64,000 nt of DNA from an uncultured Thermoplasmata archaeon (GCA_963797975.1 CAWCRH010000006.1:347967-411966); one strand, 5' to 3'; positions 1 to 10,953 are shown, counted from the first letter of the stretch. The notes: generated from the letters alone by a model not told the origin. Made by a program: numbers and translations.

Positions 1-932
1 GACTCGACCGCGCGGACGATGACGCTACGGAACGGATTGCGGACGACCGGCTCGAGGCCGACCTCGCGGACGATGGCATCGGCGCGGGGGCCGAGACGGT
101 CGCGGTTGAGAGCGTAGCGCGACAGGGGACCGACCAGGTAAGAGCCTCCGTCCCGTCGAACCGAGTGGAGCGCATGGGAGTGAGGGACCTGGACCTCGTG
201 GAACTCCTCCTCGTAGCGGGCCACCGGAATCTTCAGACCCCGACTGGAAACAACCTCCCCTTCGTTCATGGGGTACTCGTCGGGGTGCCGGAGGCTGACG
301 AACTCGTAATCCTCCTCGACCGCGGGGAAGGTGAGTCCCGCCGTGAACCGAACCGTCTCTTCCGCGAGAGCGAGGGCGGCCTCGAGCTCCGGGCGAAGCG
401 CCTGGACCTCCTCCCGGGCCGGGCAGCGATAGAACCCCCCGACCCGGACGTTGACCGGGTGGATCTCCCGCCCACCCAGGACCGTCATCAAGTGGTTACC
501 CGCCTTCTTGAGCTGGAGCCCCTGCTGGACGGCCTTGGGGTGGTCCTTCGCCAGCCGGATCGCGTCCGGGTAGCCGAGGAAGTCGGGAAGATGGAGGAGG
601 TAGATGTGGAGCGCGTGGCTTTCGATCCACTCACCGCAGTAGAGCAGGCGTCGCAGCGATCGGACCTCGGGTGCGACGGTGAGCTCCAGTCCCCGCTCCA
701 TCGCGTGGCAGGCGCTCATCTGGTAGGCGACCGGGCATATCCCGCAGATGCGGGCGGTGATGTCCGGGGCTTCCCGGTAGGAGCGCCCGCGTAGGAACGC
801 CTCGAAGAACCTCGGCGGCTCGAAGATCCTGAGCTCGACCTCTTCCACCTTGCGGTCGTGGATCCGCACGTGAAGGGCGCCCTCGCCTTCGACCCGGGTG
901 AGGTAATCGACCTGGAGGGTGCGCTCGGTCAT
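1..932 (-). CDS. hydA: [NiFe]-hydrogenase large (alpha) subunit, group-3b-like. Only the N-terminal ~310 aa are present; the C-terminus runs off the left edge.
   Basis: My own translation from the ATG at 930-932 (minus) gives [25 protein letters not shown]...[27 protein letters not shown], which contains the N-terminal RxCGxC Ni-binding motif. The start forms an ATGA overlap with the stop of the small-subunit gene. It is absent from the ORF track because it is truncated. Confidence 0.85.
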   Translation of the reverse strand, partial: MTERTLQVDYLTRVEGEGALHVRIHDRKVEEVELRIFEPPRFFEAFLRGRSYREAPDITARICGICPVAYQMSACHAMERGLELTVAPEVRSLRRLLYCGEWIESHALHIYLLHLPDFLGYPDAIRLAKDHPKAVQQGLQLKKAGNHLMTVLGGREIHPVNVRVGGFYRCPAREEVQALRPELEAALALAEETVRFTAGLTFPAVEEDYEFVSLRHPDEYPMNEGEVVSSRGLKIPVARYEEEFHEVQVPHSHALHSVRRDGGSYLVGPLSRYALNRDRLGPRADAIVREVGLEPVVRNPFRSVIVRAVE

Positions 933-1723
933 GTAGCTCCCGAGGAGGCCTGCGCGGCATCCGCTGCGGCGCGGAACGTCGGCGCGTTCGCATTGAACGT
1001 TCGGTAAAAGCGCTTCAACGTCGGTGGGTCCATGCCGAGCTCGCCCAGCTTATGCGAGAGGGCCGCGGCGTTGGGCGTGTCCTGAGGTCCGAAGCAGCCG
1101 TAGCATCCGCGGTTGAACGAAGGACAGATTGCACCGCAGCCCGTCTGGGTGACGGGGCCTAGGCATGGCGTCCCGTGCGCGACCACGACGCAGACCGTCC
1201 CGCGCCGCTTGCACTCGACGCAGACGCTCTCGGCCGGGACGTTGGGGGCCCGTCCGCCGAGGAAGGCGGAGAGCACCTCGATGAGCTGGTACTTGCTGAT
1301 GGGGCAGCCCCGGAGCTCGAAGTCGACCCGAACGTGGTCCTGGATGGGGGTCGACGTGGCGAGCGTACGGATGTACTCGGGCCGGGCGTAGACGGCCTTC
1401 TGGTATTCCTCGATGTTCGCGAAGTTCCGTAGGCCTTGGATGCCCCCGGCCGTCGCGCACGCGCCGATCGTGACCAGCACGCGAGAGTTCGCGCGGATCT
1501 CATGGAGGCGCTGGGCGTCCTCGGGCGTCGTGACGGACCCCTCGACGAGCGTGAGGTCGAACGGGCCTCCGGCCACCGCGCTGGACGCTTCCCGAAAGTC
1601 GGCGATCTCGACACGGTCGGTGATGGGAAGGAGCTCGTCCTCGCAGTCGAGGAGCGTGAGCTGGCAGCCGTCGCACGACGCGAACTTGAAGACCGCGACC
1701 TTCGGGCGAGGGGTCGGCGACAC
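929..1723 (-). CDS. hydD: [NiFe]-hydrogenase small (delta) subunit, group-3b-like
   Basis: 264-aa ORF. It has [18 protein letters not shown] plus further Cys clusters ([23 protein letters not shown]) typical of HydD/HoxY-type small subunits. It is tightly coupled to the flanking hyd genes. Confidence 0.85.
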   Translation of the reverse strand: MSPTPRPKVAVFKFASCDGCQLTLLDCEDELLPITDRVEIADFREASSAVAGGPFDLTLVEGSVTTPEDAQRLHEIRANSRVLVTIGACATAGGIQGLRNFANIEEYQKAVYARPEYIRTLATSTPIQDHVRVDFELRGCPISKYQLIEVLSAFLGGRAPNVPAESVCVECKRRGTVCVVVAHGTPCLGPVTQTGCGAICPSFNRGCYGCFGPQDTPNAAALSHKLGELGMDPPTLKRFYRTFNANAPTFRAAADAAQASSGAT

Positions 1724-1724
1724 G

Positions 1725-2582
1725 CTATAGCTCCCTCAGCGAAAAGGCTCGCTCGATCGCACTGTAACGGAAGACGGGCCCGTTGCGGCAGACGAAGTCG
1801 GGACCGAACTGACAGTGTCCGCAAATTCCGATAGCGCACTTCATGTTCCGCTCCATCGAGACCCAGATCGCGCTCGGGGGAACGCCACGGGCGACGAGCA
1901 CCTGGGCGGTGAGCTTCATCATGATCTCCGGGCCGCAGAGGTAGGCCACGGTATTCTTCGGCTCGAAACGGGCGTCCGGGAGCCGCGTGGTGACGACGCC
2001 GACGTCCCCGTACCACTCGCGGCCCGCAGTATCGACCGTCGTCTGGAAGCGGAGGTCGGAGCGGGCCCGCCAGGCCTGGATCTCATCGTAAAAGACGAGG
2101 TCCTTCGGCGTCTTGGCTCCGTAGATGACCTCGATGCGACCGAAACGGTCGCGGTTGCGCATCATCTCGTAGAGGAGGGGCCGAAGCGGGGGGAGGCCGA
2201 GGCCGCCTCCGACGACCACCACGTCCCTGCCGTAGGCTTCCTCAAGGGGCCAACCGACGCCGTAGGGTCCGCGCACCCCGATGACCGAGCCCGGGCCTGC
2301 GTTACTCAAGGCACCGCTGATCTTGCCGGCCACACGAATCGTATGCACGTAGCGGTCCGTCACCTTGGTGTCGCCGCAGATCGAGATGGGCACCTCCCCG
2401 ACCCCGAAGAAGTAGAGCATGTTGAACTGGCCCGGGAGGAAGGAGAGCGCGCGGGAACGGTTCTGTGGGGTCAGGACGATGGTGATGGTGTCCGCGGTCT
2501 CGGACTTCCTCTCTCGGACCGAGTACGGGACCGGGGTCCAGGGACTGGGAGCCGCTTCGGCTCGGGCCCCATTCGTCGCCAT
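1725..2582 (-). CDS. hydG: Hydrogenase gamma subunit (FAD/NAD(P)-binding ferredoxin-reductase-like protein with a C-terminal 2Fe-2S Cys cluster)
   Basis: 285-aa ORF. It has [21 protein letters not shown] (FAD-binding barrel), [12 protein letters not shown] (NAD-binding) and C-terminal [12 protein letters not shown]. It sits between the cNMP gene and the small subunit. Confidence 0.8.
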   Translation of the reverse strand: MATNGARAEAAPSPWTPVPYSVRERKSETADTITIVLTPQNRSRALSFLPGQFNMLYFFGVGEVPISICGDTKVTDRYVHTIRVAGKISGALSNAGPGSVIGVRGPYGVGWPLEEAYGRDVVVVGGGLGLPPLRPLLYEMMRNRDRFGRIEVIYGAKTPKDLVFYDEIQAWRARSDLRFQTTVDTAGREWYGDVGVVTTRLPDARFEPKNTVAYLCGPEIMMKLTAQVLVARGVPPSAIWVSMERNMKCAIGICGHCQFGPDFVCRNGPVFRYSAIERAFSLREL

Positions 2583-2583
2583 C

Positions 2584-3054
2584 TTAGACCCCGTGCAGGT
2601 CGAGGAGCTGCAGCTGGGTGTTCTCGAGCCGCTCGGCGATCACCGGGAGCAGCCTCAACAGGAACCCATAGCCGTGCACCGGGTCCGCGTTCAGTACCGC
2701 GCGCAGATGCGCGGCGGCGAGCCCCAGTGCCCGGGTCGGTTTGAGGGCCCGCGCGTCGAGCCTCCAACGGTGCGGCGGGAAGAGCCACGACCACCCGATG
2801 ACCTCGCCGGGCCCCAGAGTCTGGATCGTCGTGCGGGGCCGACCCGGTAGCACGATCTCGAGCGCGACCTTCCCCGAGAAGACCAGTAGGAACTCGTCGG
2901 CGGGGTCCCCCTCTCGGACCAGGAGGTCGCCCGTATCGAACGCGCGCTCGTAGGCGATCGTGCTGAGGTGGGCGAGAAACGCCTCGTCCATCCCACGGAA
3001 GAATCGATGCGTCTCGAGCCGGAGCTCTGACCCCGACACGCCCCGGGAGCTCAC
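2584..3054 (-). CDS. Cyclic-nucleotide-binding (cNMP/CAP effector) domain protein embedded in the hydrogenase operon
   Basis: [49 protein letters not shown]...[11 protein letters not shown] matches the cNMP-binding beta-barrel pattern. I place the start at the GTG at 3052-3054, which overlaps the hydB stop TGA (GTGA). The track ORF extends to 3168 but would then overlap hydB by 118 nt. Confidence 0.7.
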   Translation of the reverse strand: MSSRGVSGSELRLETHRFFRGMDEAFLAHLSTIAYERAFDTGDLLVREGDPADEFLLVFSGKVALEIVLPGRPRTTIQTLGPGEVIGWSWLFPPHRWRLDARALKPTRALGLAAAHLRAVLNADPVHGYGFLLRLLPVIAERLENTQLQLLDLHGV

Positions 3055-4199
3055 GGGCCACCTCCCGATGGCTTCGCGAGCGGAGGGTTGGCTCGGATCG
3101 CGGCGACCTCTTCCGTGATGTCGATCCCGACCGGGCACCAGGTGATACACCGCCCGCAGCCGACGCACCCCGAGCTATCGAACTGGTCGTGCCACGTCGC
3201 GAGCTTGTGGGTCATCCACTGGCGGTAGCGGGATTGGGTACTCTTGCGGACCGGCGTCGCGTGCAGCTCACTGAAGCCGGTGTTAAAGCACGAGTCCCAC
3301 CGACGCCAGCGTTCGACCTTCTTGCCGGAGAGGTCGGGAACCTCTTCCGTCGTCTGGCAGAAGCAGGTCGGGCAGGCCATCGTGCAATTCGTGCAGGCGA
3401 GGCAGCGTCGGGCCACGATCTCCCATCGCGGATGCTCCGGATTGTTGACGAGGAGGTCGCGGATCCCTCGCACGTCCATCGTCCGACCCATCGATGCGGC
3501 CGCTCGCGCGACGATCGCCTCCGCGGTCTTTTCGTCCTCTTCGCTCGCAGGGCGAACGGGGACCGACGAGAGCACGGCCGCCCCCGCAGGGGAGCCGATC
3601 TCGACCAAGAAGACGTGGCGCTCCGGGGTCAGGATCTCGGTGAGCGCGAGGTCGTGCGACGTGCGCACGGCCGGGCCGGTTCCCATCGAGACGCAAAAGC
3701 AGGTACCGCCGGCCTGGCCACACTGCACGGCGATCCGAAGGGTGCGCGCACGCCGCGCGGCGTAGCTCGGGTCGCCGGCTTTCCAGAAGACCCGGTCCTG
3801 GATCGCAATCGCGGCGAGCTCGCACGCCCGCACGCCGAGGAGGGCGAGGGGAGCTCCGTCGAGCGTCTGCGGGGCGACCGTGAACGTACCGTCATTGGAC
3901 GTCGCCGTCCAGAGGCGCTCGTGGGAGGGGAACAGGTACTTCTTCCAACTGTGCGGGCCGACGACATAGCCGAAGAGGGCGCTGTCGTTCCGGCGTTCGA
4001 GCCGGTACGTGCCCGCGTCCTGATGCTCCGTCCACCCGACCGGAAGGTCCTCGACGTGCTCGATATCTCCGTAGACGATCGCCCCGTCGCGGACGGTCGG
4101 GCCGACGACGCGGTATCCGTGGGCCTTCAGGGAAGAGAGGAAGGCGGGGAACGACGCTCGGTCCAGCACGACCCTTTCACCGACGCTTCGCTCGGTCAT
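3051..4199 (-). CDS. hydB: Hydrogenase beta subunit (4Fe-4S protein, HydB / AsrA-like)
   Basis: From [44 protein letters not shown] onward, with the ferredoxin-type clusters [16 protein letters not shown] and [12 protein letters not shown]. The track ORF (to 4670) carries a 157-aa Arg/Ser/Pro-rich extension that overlaps the upstream gene. An alternative ATG lies at 4256. Confidence 0.75.
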   Translation of the reverse strand: MTERSVGERVVLDRASFPAFLSSLKAHGYRVVGPTVRDGAIVYGDIEHVEDLPVGWTEHQDAGTYRLERRNDSALFGYVVGPHSWKKYLFPSHERLWTATSNDGTFTVAPQTLDGAPLALLGVRACELAAIAIQDRVFWKAGDPSYAARRARTLRIAVQCGQAGGTCFCVSMGTGPAVRTSHDLALTEILTPERHVFLVEIGSPAGAAVLSSVPVRPASEEDEKTAEAIVARAAASMGRTMDVRGIRDLLVNNPEHPRWEIVARRCLACTNCTMACPTCFCQTTEEVPDLSGKKVERWRRWDSCFNTGFSELHATPVRKSTQSRYRQWMTHKLATWHDQFDSSGCVGCGRCITWCPVGIDITEEVAAIRANPPLAKPSGGGP

Positions 4200-4284
4200 G
4201 GTGTTCGGTCGGCGGATGGAGGGTTCAGCTCCGGGTGGGGTCCACGGTGCGCTCATAGACGTGAGTACGACAACACTACCCGCC

Positions 4285-5106
4285 TCAACCGGGCGGCGAT
4301 AGTTTCGCCGCGGCGCCCTCGTACGCCGCACTGATGTCAAGGTACCGCTGAACCCTCGCACGGAGCGCGGGCGCCTCCCGTTCGCTTCGGTCGAGGGCCG
4401 CAGACCACTGCTGAACGACCGTGGAGGTAAGATGGGTCGGGAGGCAGGTCTTTGCGTAATCCTCCTCGAACCCCTCCCACGCGAGCTCGGCCTGGGCCTC
4501 CCCGACCAAGATGAGGCCGAGGAGTTCCCGATAGCCCCCCACGTGGAAATTGTACCCGCTCCACATGGCGCGGATCGCCCGGATACGGTAGCTTCCCCGG
4601 TCGGGGTCGCTCTCGATGGCGATGAGGGCCACCGCGCAGCGATCGGAGTGATCCGGGTTGAGGCCCGCAAGGCGGAACTGTCCGACGTGGACGTCGTGCA
4701 AGTGGGTCAGGTAGGCCTCCCAGAGGACGAGCCCCTCTTCGACGACCTCGGGCGGAACGTCGTGGTCGTCCGTGAGGCGTTGCCCGATGGCCCTCAGTCG
4801 ACGAAGGAGGGGTTCGAGGATCTGCTCCCGCTCGGTTCGAAGGTCGTTCTGCACACGGGCCACGAGCTCGTCCGTGGGAACGGTGCCGGTCGCCTTCGTC
4901 GTTCGTCCCGACGGCCGCTCGCGGCGGTGATGATGGATCGCCGGACCGACCTTGCGCTCCACGCGTTGGAACCCCTCCGCAACGACCTGGCGAGGAGTCC
5001 TCTTGTGGCGGGCGGACGGGGGGGAGGGCGACGGGCTAGGAGCGGCCTCCCCATGGGAGAGCCCGGTGGCCATCTCTGCGCCAGGGGAGTCGGGACGCTT
5101 CCTCAT
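4285..5106 (-). CDS. Hypothetical protein
   Basis: 273-aa ORF with a coding-like, His-rich central part (LWEAYLTHLHDVHVGQF). No family was recognised. The start is uncertain (M1 or M12). Confidence 0.45.
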   Translation of the reverse strand: MRKRPDSPGAEMATGLSHGEAAPSPSPSPPSARHKRTPRQVVAEGFQRVERKVGPAIHHHRRERPSGRTTKATGTVPTDELVARVQNDLRTEREQILEPLLRRLRAIGQRLTDDHDVPPEVVEEGLVLWEAYLTHLHDVHVGQFRLAGLNPDHSDRCAVALIAIESDPDRGSYRIRAIRAMWSGYNFHVGGYRELLGLILVGEAQAELAWEGFEEDYAKTCLPTHLTSTVVQQWSAALDRSEREAPALRARVQRYLDISAAYEGAAAKLSPPG

Positions 5107-5174
5107 TCCGGTTCCTTCGAGTCGAGGTACGGCTAAAGTCCCTTAGTGAAAACCAGTTGACCCCCGCTCGGTCC

Positions 5175-6152
5175 CTATCCGTGGACCGAGGGCGCCAGCG
5201 CGGGTGGGTGAAGAGGAGCTCCCTCGCCGGTGGGCACGGGGGTGAGCCAGTGGGCGTATTCCTTCGCGCGCCCGTGGATCGCCTCCTCGTAGCGCTTCTG
5301 GAGGCGGTGCGTGACGGGGTACTTTCCGTTCCCGACGGGACGGCCGTCCACCTCTCGGATCGGGGTAATGCCAGCCGCGGTTCCCGTGAAAAGGAGCTCG
5401 TCCGCCGTGAACAGCTCTTCTCGGCTGAAGTCCGTGCGCTGGAAGACGAGTCCTTCATCCTTCACGAATTGGATTACCGAATCCCGAGTGACGCCGCGCA
5501 GGATGCCCGAGCTCGCCGGAGGCGTGCTGACGACGTCGTTCTTCACGCGGAAGATGTTCTCCCCCGGTCCCTCCGCGACCATGCCGGCGGGGTTGAGGAG
5601 GATCGCCTCATCGTAACCGGCCGCCGTCGCCTCCATCTTCGCGAGGGCCGAGTTGGCGTAATTCGCGGCGCACTTCGCCTGGGGTGGGAGAGAGCGAGAG
5701 TCGACGCGCGTCCAGCTCGAGACCATCGTCCGGACGCCCTTGCCGAGGTTCTGCTCCCCGAGGTAGGCCCCCCAGGCCCACTCGCCGATCGCGACCCGGA
5801 CCTTGCTCTTGGTGGGGTCGAGCCCCATCTCCCCGTAGCCGGAGAAGGCGATCGGGCGGATGTACGCCTCGGGAATCCCGTTGTCGCGCACTAGCTCGAC
5901 CGAGGCCTGCTCCAGATCCTCGCGCGTGAACGGAAGGTTCATGCGGTAGATCTTCGCGCTGTTCATGAAGCGGTCCAGGTGCTCGCGCAGGCGGAAGACC
6001 GCGGGCCCGCGGTCCGTGGCGAAGCACCGGATCCCCTCGAATATCGCATAGCCGTAATGCAGGCCGTGCGTCAGAACGTGGATCTCGGCATCGGCCCACG
6101 GAACCAGACGGCCGTCCATCCAGACGCTCTTGAGCGGGCGTATCGCGACCAT
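5175..6152 (-). CDS. ilvE: Branched-chain amino acid aminotransferase (class IV PLP fold)
   Basis: 325-aa ORF. The N-terminus VWMDGRLVPWADAEIHVLTHGLHYGYAIFEGIRCF and overall length fit the IlvE family. Confidence 0.85.
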   Translation of the reverse strand: MVAIRPLKSVWMDGRLVPWADAEIHVLTHGLHYGYAIFEGIRCFATDRGPAVFRLREHLDRFMNSAKIYRMNLPFTREDLEQASVELVRDNGIPEAYIRPIAFSGYGEMGLDPTKSKVRVAIGEWAWGAYLGEQNLGKGVRTMVSSWTRVDSRSLPPQAKCAANYANSALAKMEATAAGYDEAILLNPAGMVAEGPGENIFRVKNDVVSTPPASSGILRGVTRDSVIQFVKDEGLVFQRTDFSREELFTADELLFTGTAAGITPIREVDGRPVGNGKYPVTHRLQKRYEEAIHGRAKEYAHWLTPVPTGEGAPLHPPALAPSVHG

Positions 6153-6251
6153 CGGGGGAACTAGACCGGCTTTCTAAGGTAAAGGGAAGGTCAAGCCGGC
6201 CTGACTTGGGCTTCTTAGTGCCTTACCGTGCTCTTGGTACTCAAGGGCGTC

Positions 6252-7109
6252 ATGATCGAGGTGCGATTCCACGGCCGCGGAGGCCAGGGGGCGGTGCTCG
6301 CCTCCGAACTTCTCGCCCAGGCGGCGTTCCAGGACGGGAAGATGCCGCAGAGCTTCCCGTTCTTTGGCGTGGAGCGCCGAGGGGCCCCCGTAACCGCATA
6401 CACACGCGTGGACGACCGCCTGATCGGCCTGCGAACCTCCATCACCGCACCGGACGTGGTCGTCGTGCTCGACCCCGGGCTCCTTCGAACGGTTCCGGTC
6501 ACGGAGGGCCTGAAGCCGGGGGGTCTTCTGCTCGCGAACAGCCGCCTCCCTCCGGAGGCCCTGGAGGTCCCCGCGTCGGTCCGCACCGCGACCGTGGACG
6601 CGGCGATGATCGCGCGGGCCCACCATCTCGGGTCCCCGACGATGCCCATCGTGAACACGGCGGTACTCGGCGCGCTCGCCCGCGTCACGGGAATCGTAGC
6701 GCCGGAAGCGCTCGACCGAGCGATCGATGCCTTCGTCCCGGCGCACCGCCTCGATAACCGAGCCGCGGCCACCGACGGATACCAGATGGTGCGAACCGGC
6801 AAGATGGCGGTCAGCGCCGAGAGAAGGGTCGCCCCACCGATCATCGTCCCCCTCCCCGCCCTTCCCGAAGGACCCGTGGCCACGATGCCGAGCCGCACCC
6901 TCCATACCGCTGCCTGGCGCACGCTCACCCCGCAGATCCACTTGGACCATTGCACGAAGTGTAACTTCTGCTGGAAGTTCTGCCCCGACAACGCGATCGG
7001 GTTCGACAGTGCGGGATACCCCGTCATCCATCTCGAGTTCTGCAAGGGCTGCGGGATCTGCGTCGAGGAGTGCCCGCCGAAGACCATCGAGATGGTCGCG
7101 GAGGGCTAG
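6252..7109 (+). CDS. 2-oxoacid:ferredoxin oxidoreductase gamma subunit fused to the delta (2x[4Fe-4S]) subunit
   Basis: MIEVRFHGRGGQGAVLASELLAQAAF is a gamma-type N-terminus. The C-terminus CTKCNFCWKFCPDNAI...CKGCGICVEECPP is a ferredoxin-type delta domain. An ATG at 6252 lies inside the track ORF 6228..7109. Confidence 0.8.
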   Translation: MIEVRFHGRGGQGAVLASELLAQAAFQDGKMPQSFPFFGVERRGAPVTAYTRVDDRLIGLRTSITAPDVVVVLDPGLLRTVPVTEGLKPGGLLLANSRLPPEALEVPASVRTATVDAAMIARAHHLGSPTMPIVNTAVLGALARVTGIVAPEALDRAIDAFVPAHRLDNRAAATDGYQMVRTGKMAVSAERRVAPPIIVPLPALPEGPVATMPSRTLHTAAWRTLTPQIHLDHCTKCNFCWKFCPDNAIGFDSAGYPVIHLEFCKGCGICVEECPPKTIEMVAEG

Positions 7110-7119
7110 GGAGGGAACG

Positions 7120-8305
7120 ATGAGCCGAAAGGTCATCTCGGGGAACCAGGCCCAGTCCTACGCGGTGCTGCTCGCCGACGTGCAGGTGGTGTCCGCCTAC
7201 CCCATCACGCCCCAGACGACGATCGTCGAGAAGCTCGCCGATTTCGTCGCCTCCGGTGAGCTGAAGGCACAGTTCATCAAGGTCGAGTCGGAGCACAGCG
7301 CGCTCCAGGTCTGCGTGAGCGCGTCCGCGCTCGGGGCGCGGACGTACACCGCCACGTCGAGCCAGGGGCTTCTCCTCATGCACGAGCTCATGCACTGGGC
7401 CTCGGGGTTACGCACGCCCATCGTCATGGGCGTCGTCAACCGGGCGGTCGCGCCCCCATGGAACATCGGGGCCGACCACACCGACACCATCTCCCAGCGC
7501 GACACGGGCTGGATCCAGTTCTACGCCGAGAGCAACCAGGAGGTCCTCGACACGGTGCTCCAGGCGTTCCGTCTCGCGGAGGACCCGGCCGTTCGACTCC
7601 CCGTGATGATCAACGAGGATGCCTTCTACCTCTCCCACACCTACGAGCCGGTCGACATCCCCGAGCGGCAGGAGGTCCAGCGGTTCCTACCTCCCCGCGA
7701 CCCGCGGGCCGTGCTCATCCCCGGGAAGGCGATTCGGGTGGGTTCGTTCACGGGACCGGATCATTACGTTGAGTTCCGTCACGAACTCGCGAAGGCCACG
7801 GCCGCGGTCCTCCCGACCCTCCATAACGTGGAGGAGGAGTACCAGCGCATCACGGGGCGCTCCTACGGAGGGCCGGTCGCGAATTACCGCAGCGAGGGGG
7901 CGGACGCGGTGCTCGTCACGATGGGTACGGCGAGCACGACGGCCCGACGGGTCGTGGACGAGCTCCGCTCCGAAGGGAAGAAGGTAGGCCTCGCCAAGCT
8001 GAGGCTCTTCCGGCCGTTCCCCGTGGAGGAATGCCGCGCGTTGGCCCGGTCCGCGGGTCGCCTCGGAGTGGTCGACCGCTCGGTACACCTTCGGAATGGC
8101 GGGGGCGGCCGCCGAGGAGGTCCGGGCCGCGCTCTACGGCGCCTCCGACCGGCCGAGCGTCACATCGTTCCTTGCGGGCGTCGGGGGGCGTGACATTACC
8201 CCGAAGGCGATCCGCGGAATGTTCCGCAGCCTGCTCGATGGGCCACCGGTCGAGACCGTGTGGACCGACCTCGAGGCAGAAACGGAGGTGGTGGTCCATG
8301 GCTAA
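7120..8305 (+). pseudogene. 2-oxoacid:ferredoxin oxidoreductase alpha subunit, interrupted by a +1 frameshift near 8083 as assembled
   Basis: GGAGGG precedes the ATG at 7120. The N-terminus is MSRKVISGNQAQSYAVLLADVQVVSAYPITPQTTIVEKL. The frame-1 product ends in Gly/Arg junk after GVVDRS. The conserved C-terminus YTFGMAGAAAEEVRAALYG...FLAGVGGRDITPK continues in the +1 frame (track ORF 8096..8305). Confidence 0.85.
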
Positions 8306-9233
8306 GCTCACGATCCCGGCGGAAGAGTGGATGTATTCGGGGCACGCCGCGTGCCCGGGATGCGGCGCGGCTCTCTCCATGCGCCTCCTTCTGAAGGCGC
8401 TCGGGGCGAGAACGATCGTCTCGATCCCGGCCTGCTGCTGGACGGTGATCGCGACCCCGTACCCGACCACGGCGCTCGGTGTCTGCCTGATCGATAACCC
8501 GATCGAGGCGACCGGAGCGTCGATCTCCGGGCTTCGGGCCGCCGCCGACGCGCTCGGCCTGAAAGACATCACCGTCGTGGGATTCGCCGGCGACGGAGGC
8601 ACCGTGGACATCGGGCTCCAGGCCCTGAGCGGGATGCTCGAGCGAAGGACGGACGCGATCTACGTCATGTACGACAACGAGGCCTACATGAACACGGGCG
8701 TTCAGCGGAGCGGCGCGACCCCGATGGGGGCCTGGACGACCACGACGCCGGTCGTGAAACAGGCCCACGGCAAGACCGAGCCCAAGAAGGACATCATGGC
8801 CATCGTGCTCGGTCACCGGCCGGCGTATGCGGCGACGCTCAACCCAAGCTTCCCCGAGGATTTCGTGGCCAAGGCGGAGAAGGCGCGGGACATCCACGGC
8901 CCTCGGTTCCTCCACGTCTACGCCCCATGCCCTCCGGGGTGGCGCTACTCTTCGGAACAGACGATCCATCTGGGACGACTCGCCACCGACACCGGCGTCT
9001 TCCCTCTCTACGAGGTCGAGGACGGACACTACCGTATCACGCGTCAGATGGCGCACCTACGGCCCGTGGAAGAGTACATCAAGGCGCAGGGACGGTTCGC
9101 CCATCTTGACGCGGAAGAGATCGCGGCCAGCCAGGAACGGGTCACGGCGGGTTGGGAACGGCTGAAGGCCCGCGCGAAGGAATCGGCGACCCCGCCGCCC
9201 CCCGTCGCCCCCCTCGCGACCGCAGCCACGTAG
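8298..9233 (+). CDS. 2-oxoacid:ferredoxin oxidoreductase beta subunit (TPP-binding)
   Basis: MAKLTIPAEEWMYSGHAACPGCGAALSMRLLLKAL and GFAGDGGTVDIGLQALSG (TPP motif GDG). The start overlaps the alpha-subunit stop by 8 nt. Confidence 0.85.
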   Translation: MAKLTIPAEEWMYSGHAACPGCGAALSMRLLLKALGARTIVSIPACCWTVIATPYPTTALGVCLIDNPIEATGASISGLRAAADALGLKDITVVGFAGDGGTVDIGLQALSGMLERRTDAIYVMYDNEAYMNTGVQRSGATPMGAWTTTTPVVKQAHGKTEPKKDIMAIVLGHRPAYAATLNPSFPEDFVAKAEKARDIHGPRFLHVYAPCPPGWRYSSEQTIHLGRLATDTGVFPLYEVEDGHYRITRQMAHLRPVEEYIKAQGRFAHLDAEEIAASQERVTAGWERLKARAKESATPPPPVAPLATAAT

Positions 9234-9248
9234 GAGCGCGCGTGGTCC

Positions 9249-10881
9249 ATGAGACATCTCACGGACGTCGCGGCGTCGCTCGGTCTGACCCCGGAAGAGA
9301 TTGTTCCTTATGGCGCAGGGGTCGCGAAGATCCCAGCGTCCGTCGTTCACTCGCGGACCGGCTCTCCGCGCGCCAAGCTGATCCTGGTCACATCGATGAC
9401 CCCGACCGCGCACGGCGAGGGAAAGACCGTCACGGCGATCGGGACGGCGATGGCGCTCGTCCGCCAAGGATTCCGCGCGGTCCCCTGCCTCCGACAGCCT
9501 TCGTTCGGCCCGGTCTTCGGAGCCAAGGGAGGCGCCACGGGCGGTGGAAGAGCTACGGTCGAACCGAGCGCGGAGATCAACCTCGGCCTGACCGGCGACC
9601 TCTACGCCGTGGCGAGCGCGCAGAACCTGCTGGCATCGATGCTCGACAACCATCTTCACTACGGTAACCGCCTCGGGATTGACCCCGACCGAATCATCGT
9701 CCCTCGTACGATCGACCTGGACGACCGAGCCCTACGCCACGTTCGCGTGGGGCTCGGCGGCCACGGGAGTGGCCCCGAGCGGTCCGATGGGTTCGTGATC
9801 GCCGCCGCCTCCGAGGTCGCCGCGATCCACTGCCTCTCCCGTGACCTCGAGGACCTCACTCTCCGACTGAACCGCATGCTCGTGGGCTTCTCGCGGGACG
9901 GACGTCCGATCCGGGTCTCCGACCTCGGAGCCGGCGGTGCGATGGCGGCGATCCTGCGTCACGCGATGGAACCGAACCTGGTCCAGACCTCGGAAGGGAC
10001 ACCGGCGTTCGTGCACGCGGGCCCCTTCGCGAACCTGGGACCCGGGACGGCCAGCGTGATCTCAATCCGCCTGGCCCTCTCCCTCGCCGATTACGTGCTG
10101 GTCGAGGCCGGATTCGCCTCCGAACTCGGCGCCGAGAAGTTCGTCGACCTGGTCGGACCGGTCGGAGGGTTCCAACCGGTCGCTGCAATCGTCGTGGCCA
10201 CGGTCGCAGCCCTCCGCCATCACGGGCGGACCCTCTCTTCGGACCCCCCCGTCACCGGGCCGGACGCGATCCGGCGCGGGCTCGCCAACCTGGACCGCCA
10301 TCTGGCCAACGTGCACGCGCTGGGACTCGAACCGGTCGTCGCGGTGAACCAGCATCCCGAGGACACGCCCGAGGAGCTCGCGGTCCTTGAAGAGCACCTT
10401 CGCTCCCGCGCTCTTCGCTGGGCCCGCTCGACCGTGTACGCCGACGGCGGGGTGGGCGCCGACGCGGTCGCGACCGAAGTGCGTCAGCGTCGCAGCCCAA
10501 GGCCGGGTCGCTCGTCCGATCTTCGCGGCGGACCTACTCGTCACCGAGAAGCTTCGTGCCGTCGCCCGGACCCTCTACGGAGCCCGCGACGTGGTCGTGC
10601 TCCCGGACGCCATGAAGGACCTAGCTGCGCTCGAATCCGTGGGACTCGGCCGAAGCCCGCTCTGTGTTGCGAAGACGCCGCTCTCCCTGTCGGATGATGC
10701 GCACCTCCTGGGCGCGCCGCAAGGTTTCGATGTGAGCCTGCACACCTGGCACCCCTGGACGGGAGCGGGATTCGCGCTCGCATCGCTCGGCGAGATCCTG
10801 GCCATGCCGGGGCTTCCCGAGGACCCGGCCGCTCGGCATATCGGGGTGAACCTGCACGGAGAGGTCACCGGTCTCGTCTGA
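9249..10881 (+). pseudogene. fhs: Formate--tetrahydrofolate ligase, interrupted by a +1 frameshift near 10488-10492 as assembled
   Basis: The N-terminal 410 aa are typical FTHFS (LILVTSMTPTAHGEGKTVTAIG). The C-terminal conserved block EKLRAVARTLYGARDVVV...CVAKTPLSLSDD...MPGLPEDPAARHIGV lies in the +1 frame (track ORF 10387..10881). Confidence 0.85.
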
Positions 10882-10953
10882 CGCGCACCGCTCGGCGACG
10901 ATGGCCCGCCCCTACGGCACGCGCGGGCCGGGACCCATACGGCTTTCGCGCCG

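Noticed and set aside
3051-4670. N-terminal extensions of track ORFs (hydB to 4670; also 6727 for the oxidoreductase alpha, 8031 for beta, 17833 for VirB4, 25948 for GDE, 33076 for ALDH, 59063 for the RR)
   Set aside because: The track uses the most upstream ATG/GTG/TTG. The extensions are Arg/Pro/Ser-rich, overlap the preceding gene, and family-typical N-termini begin at internal starts that often form ATGA/GTGA overlaps.
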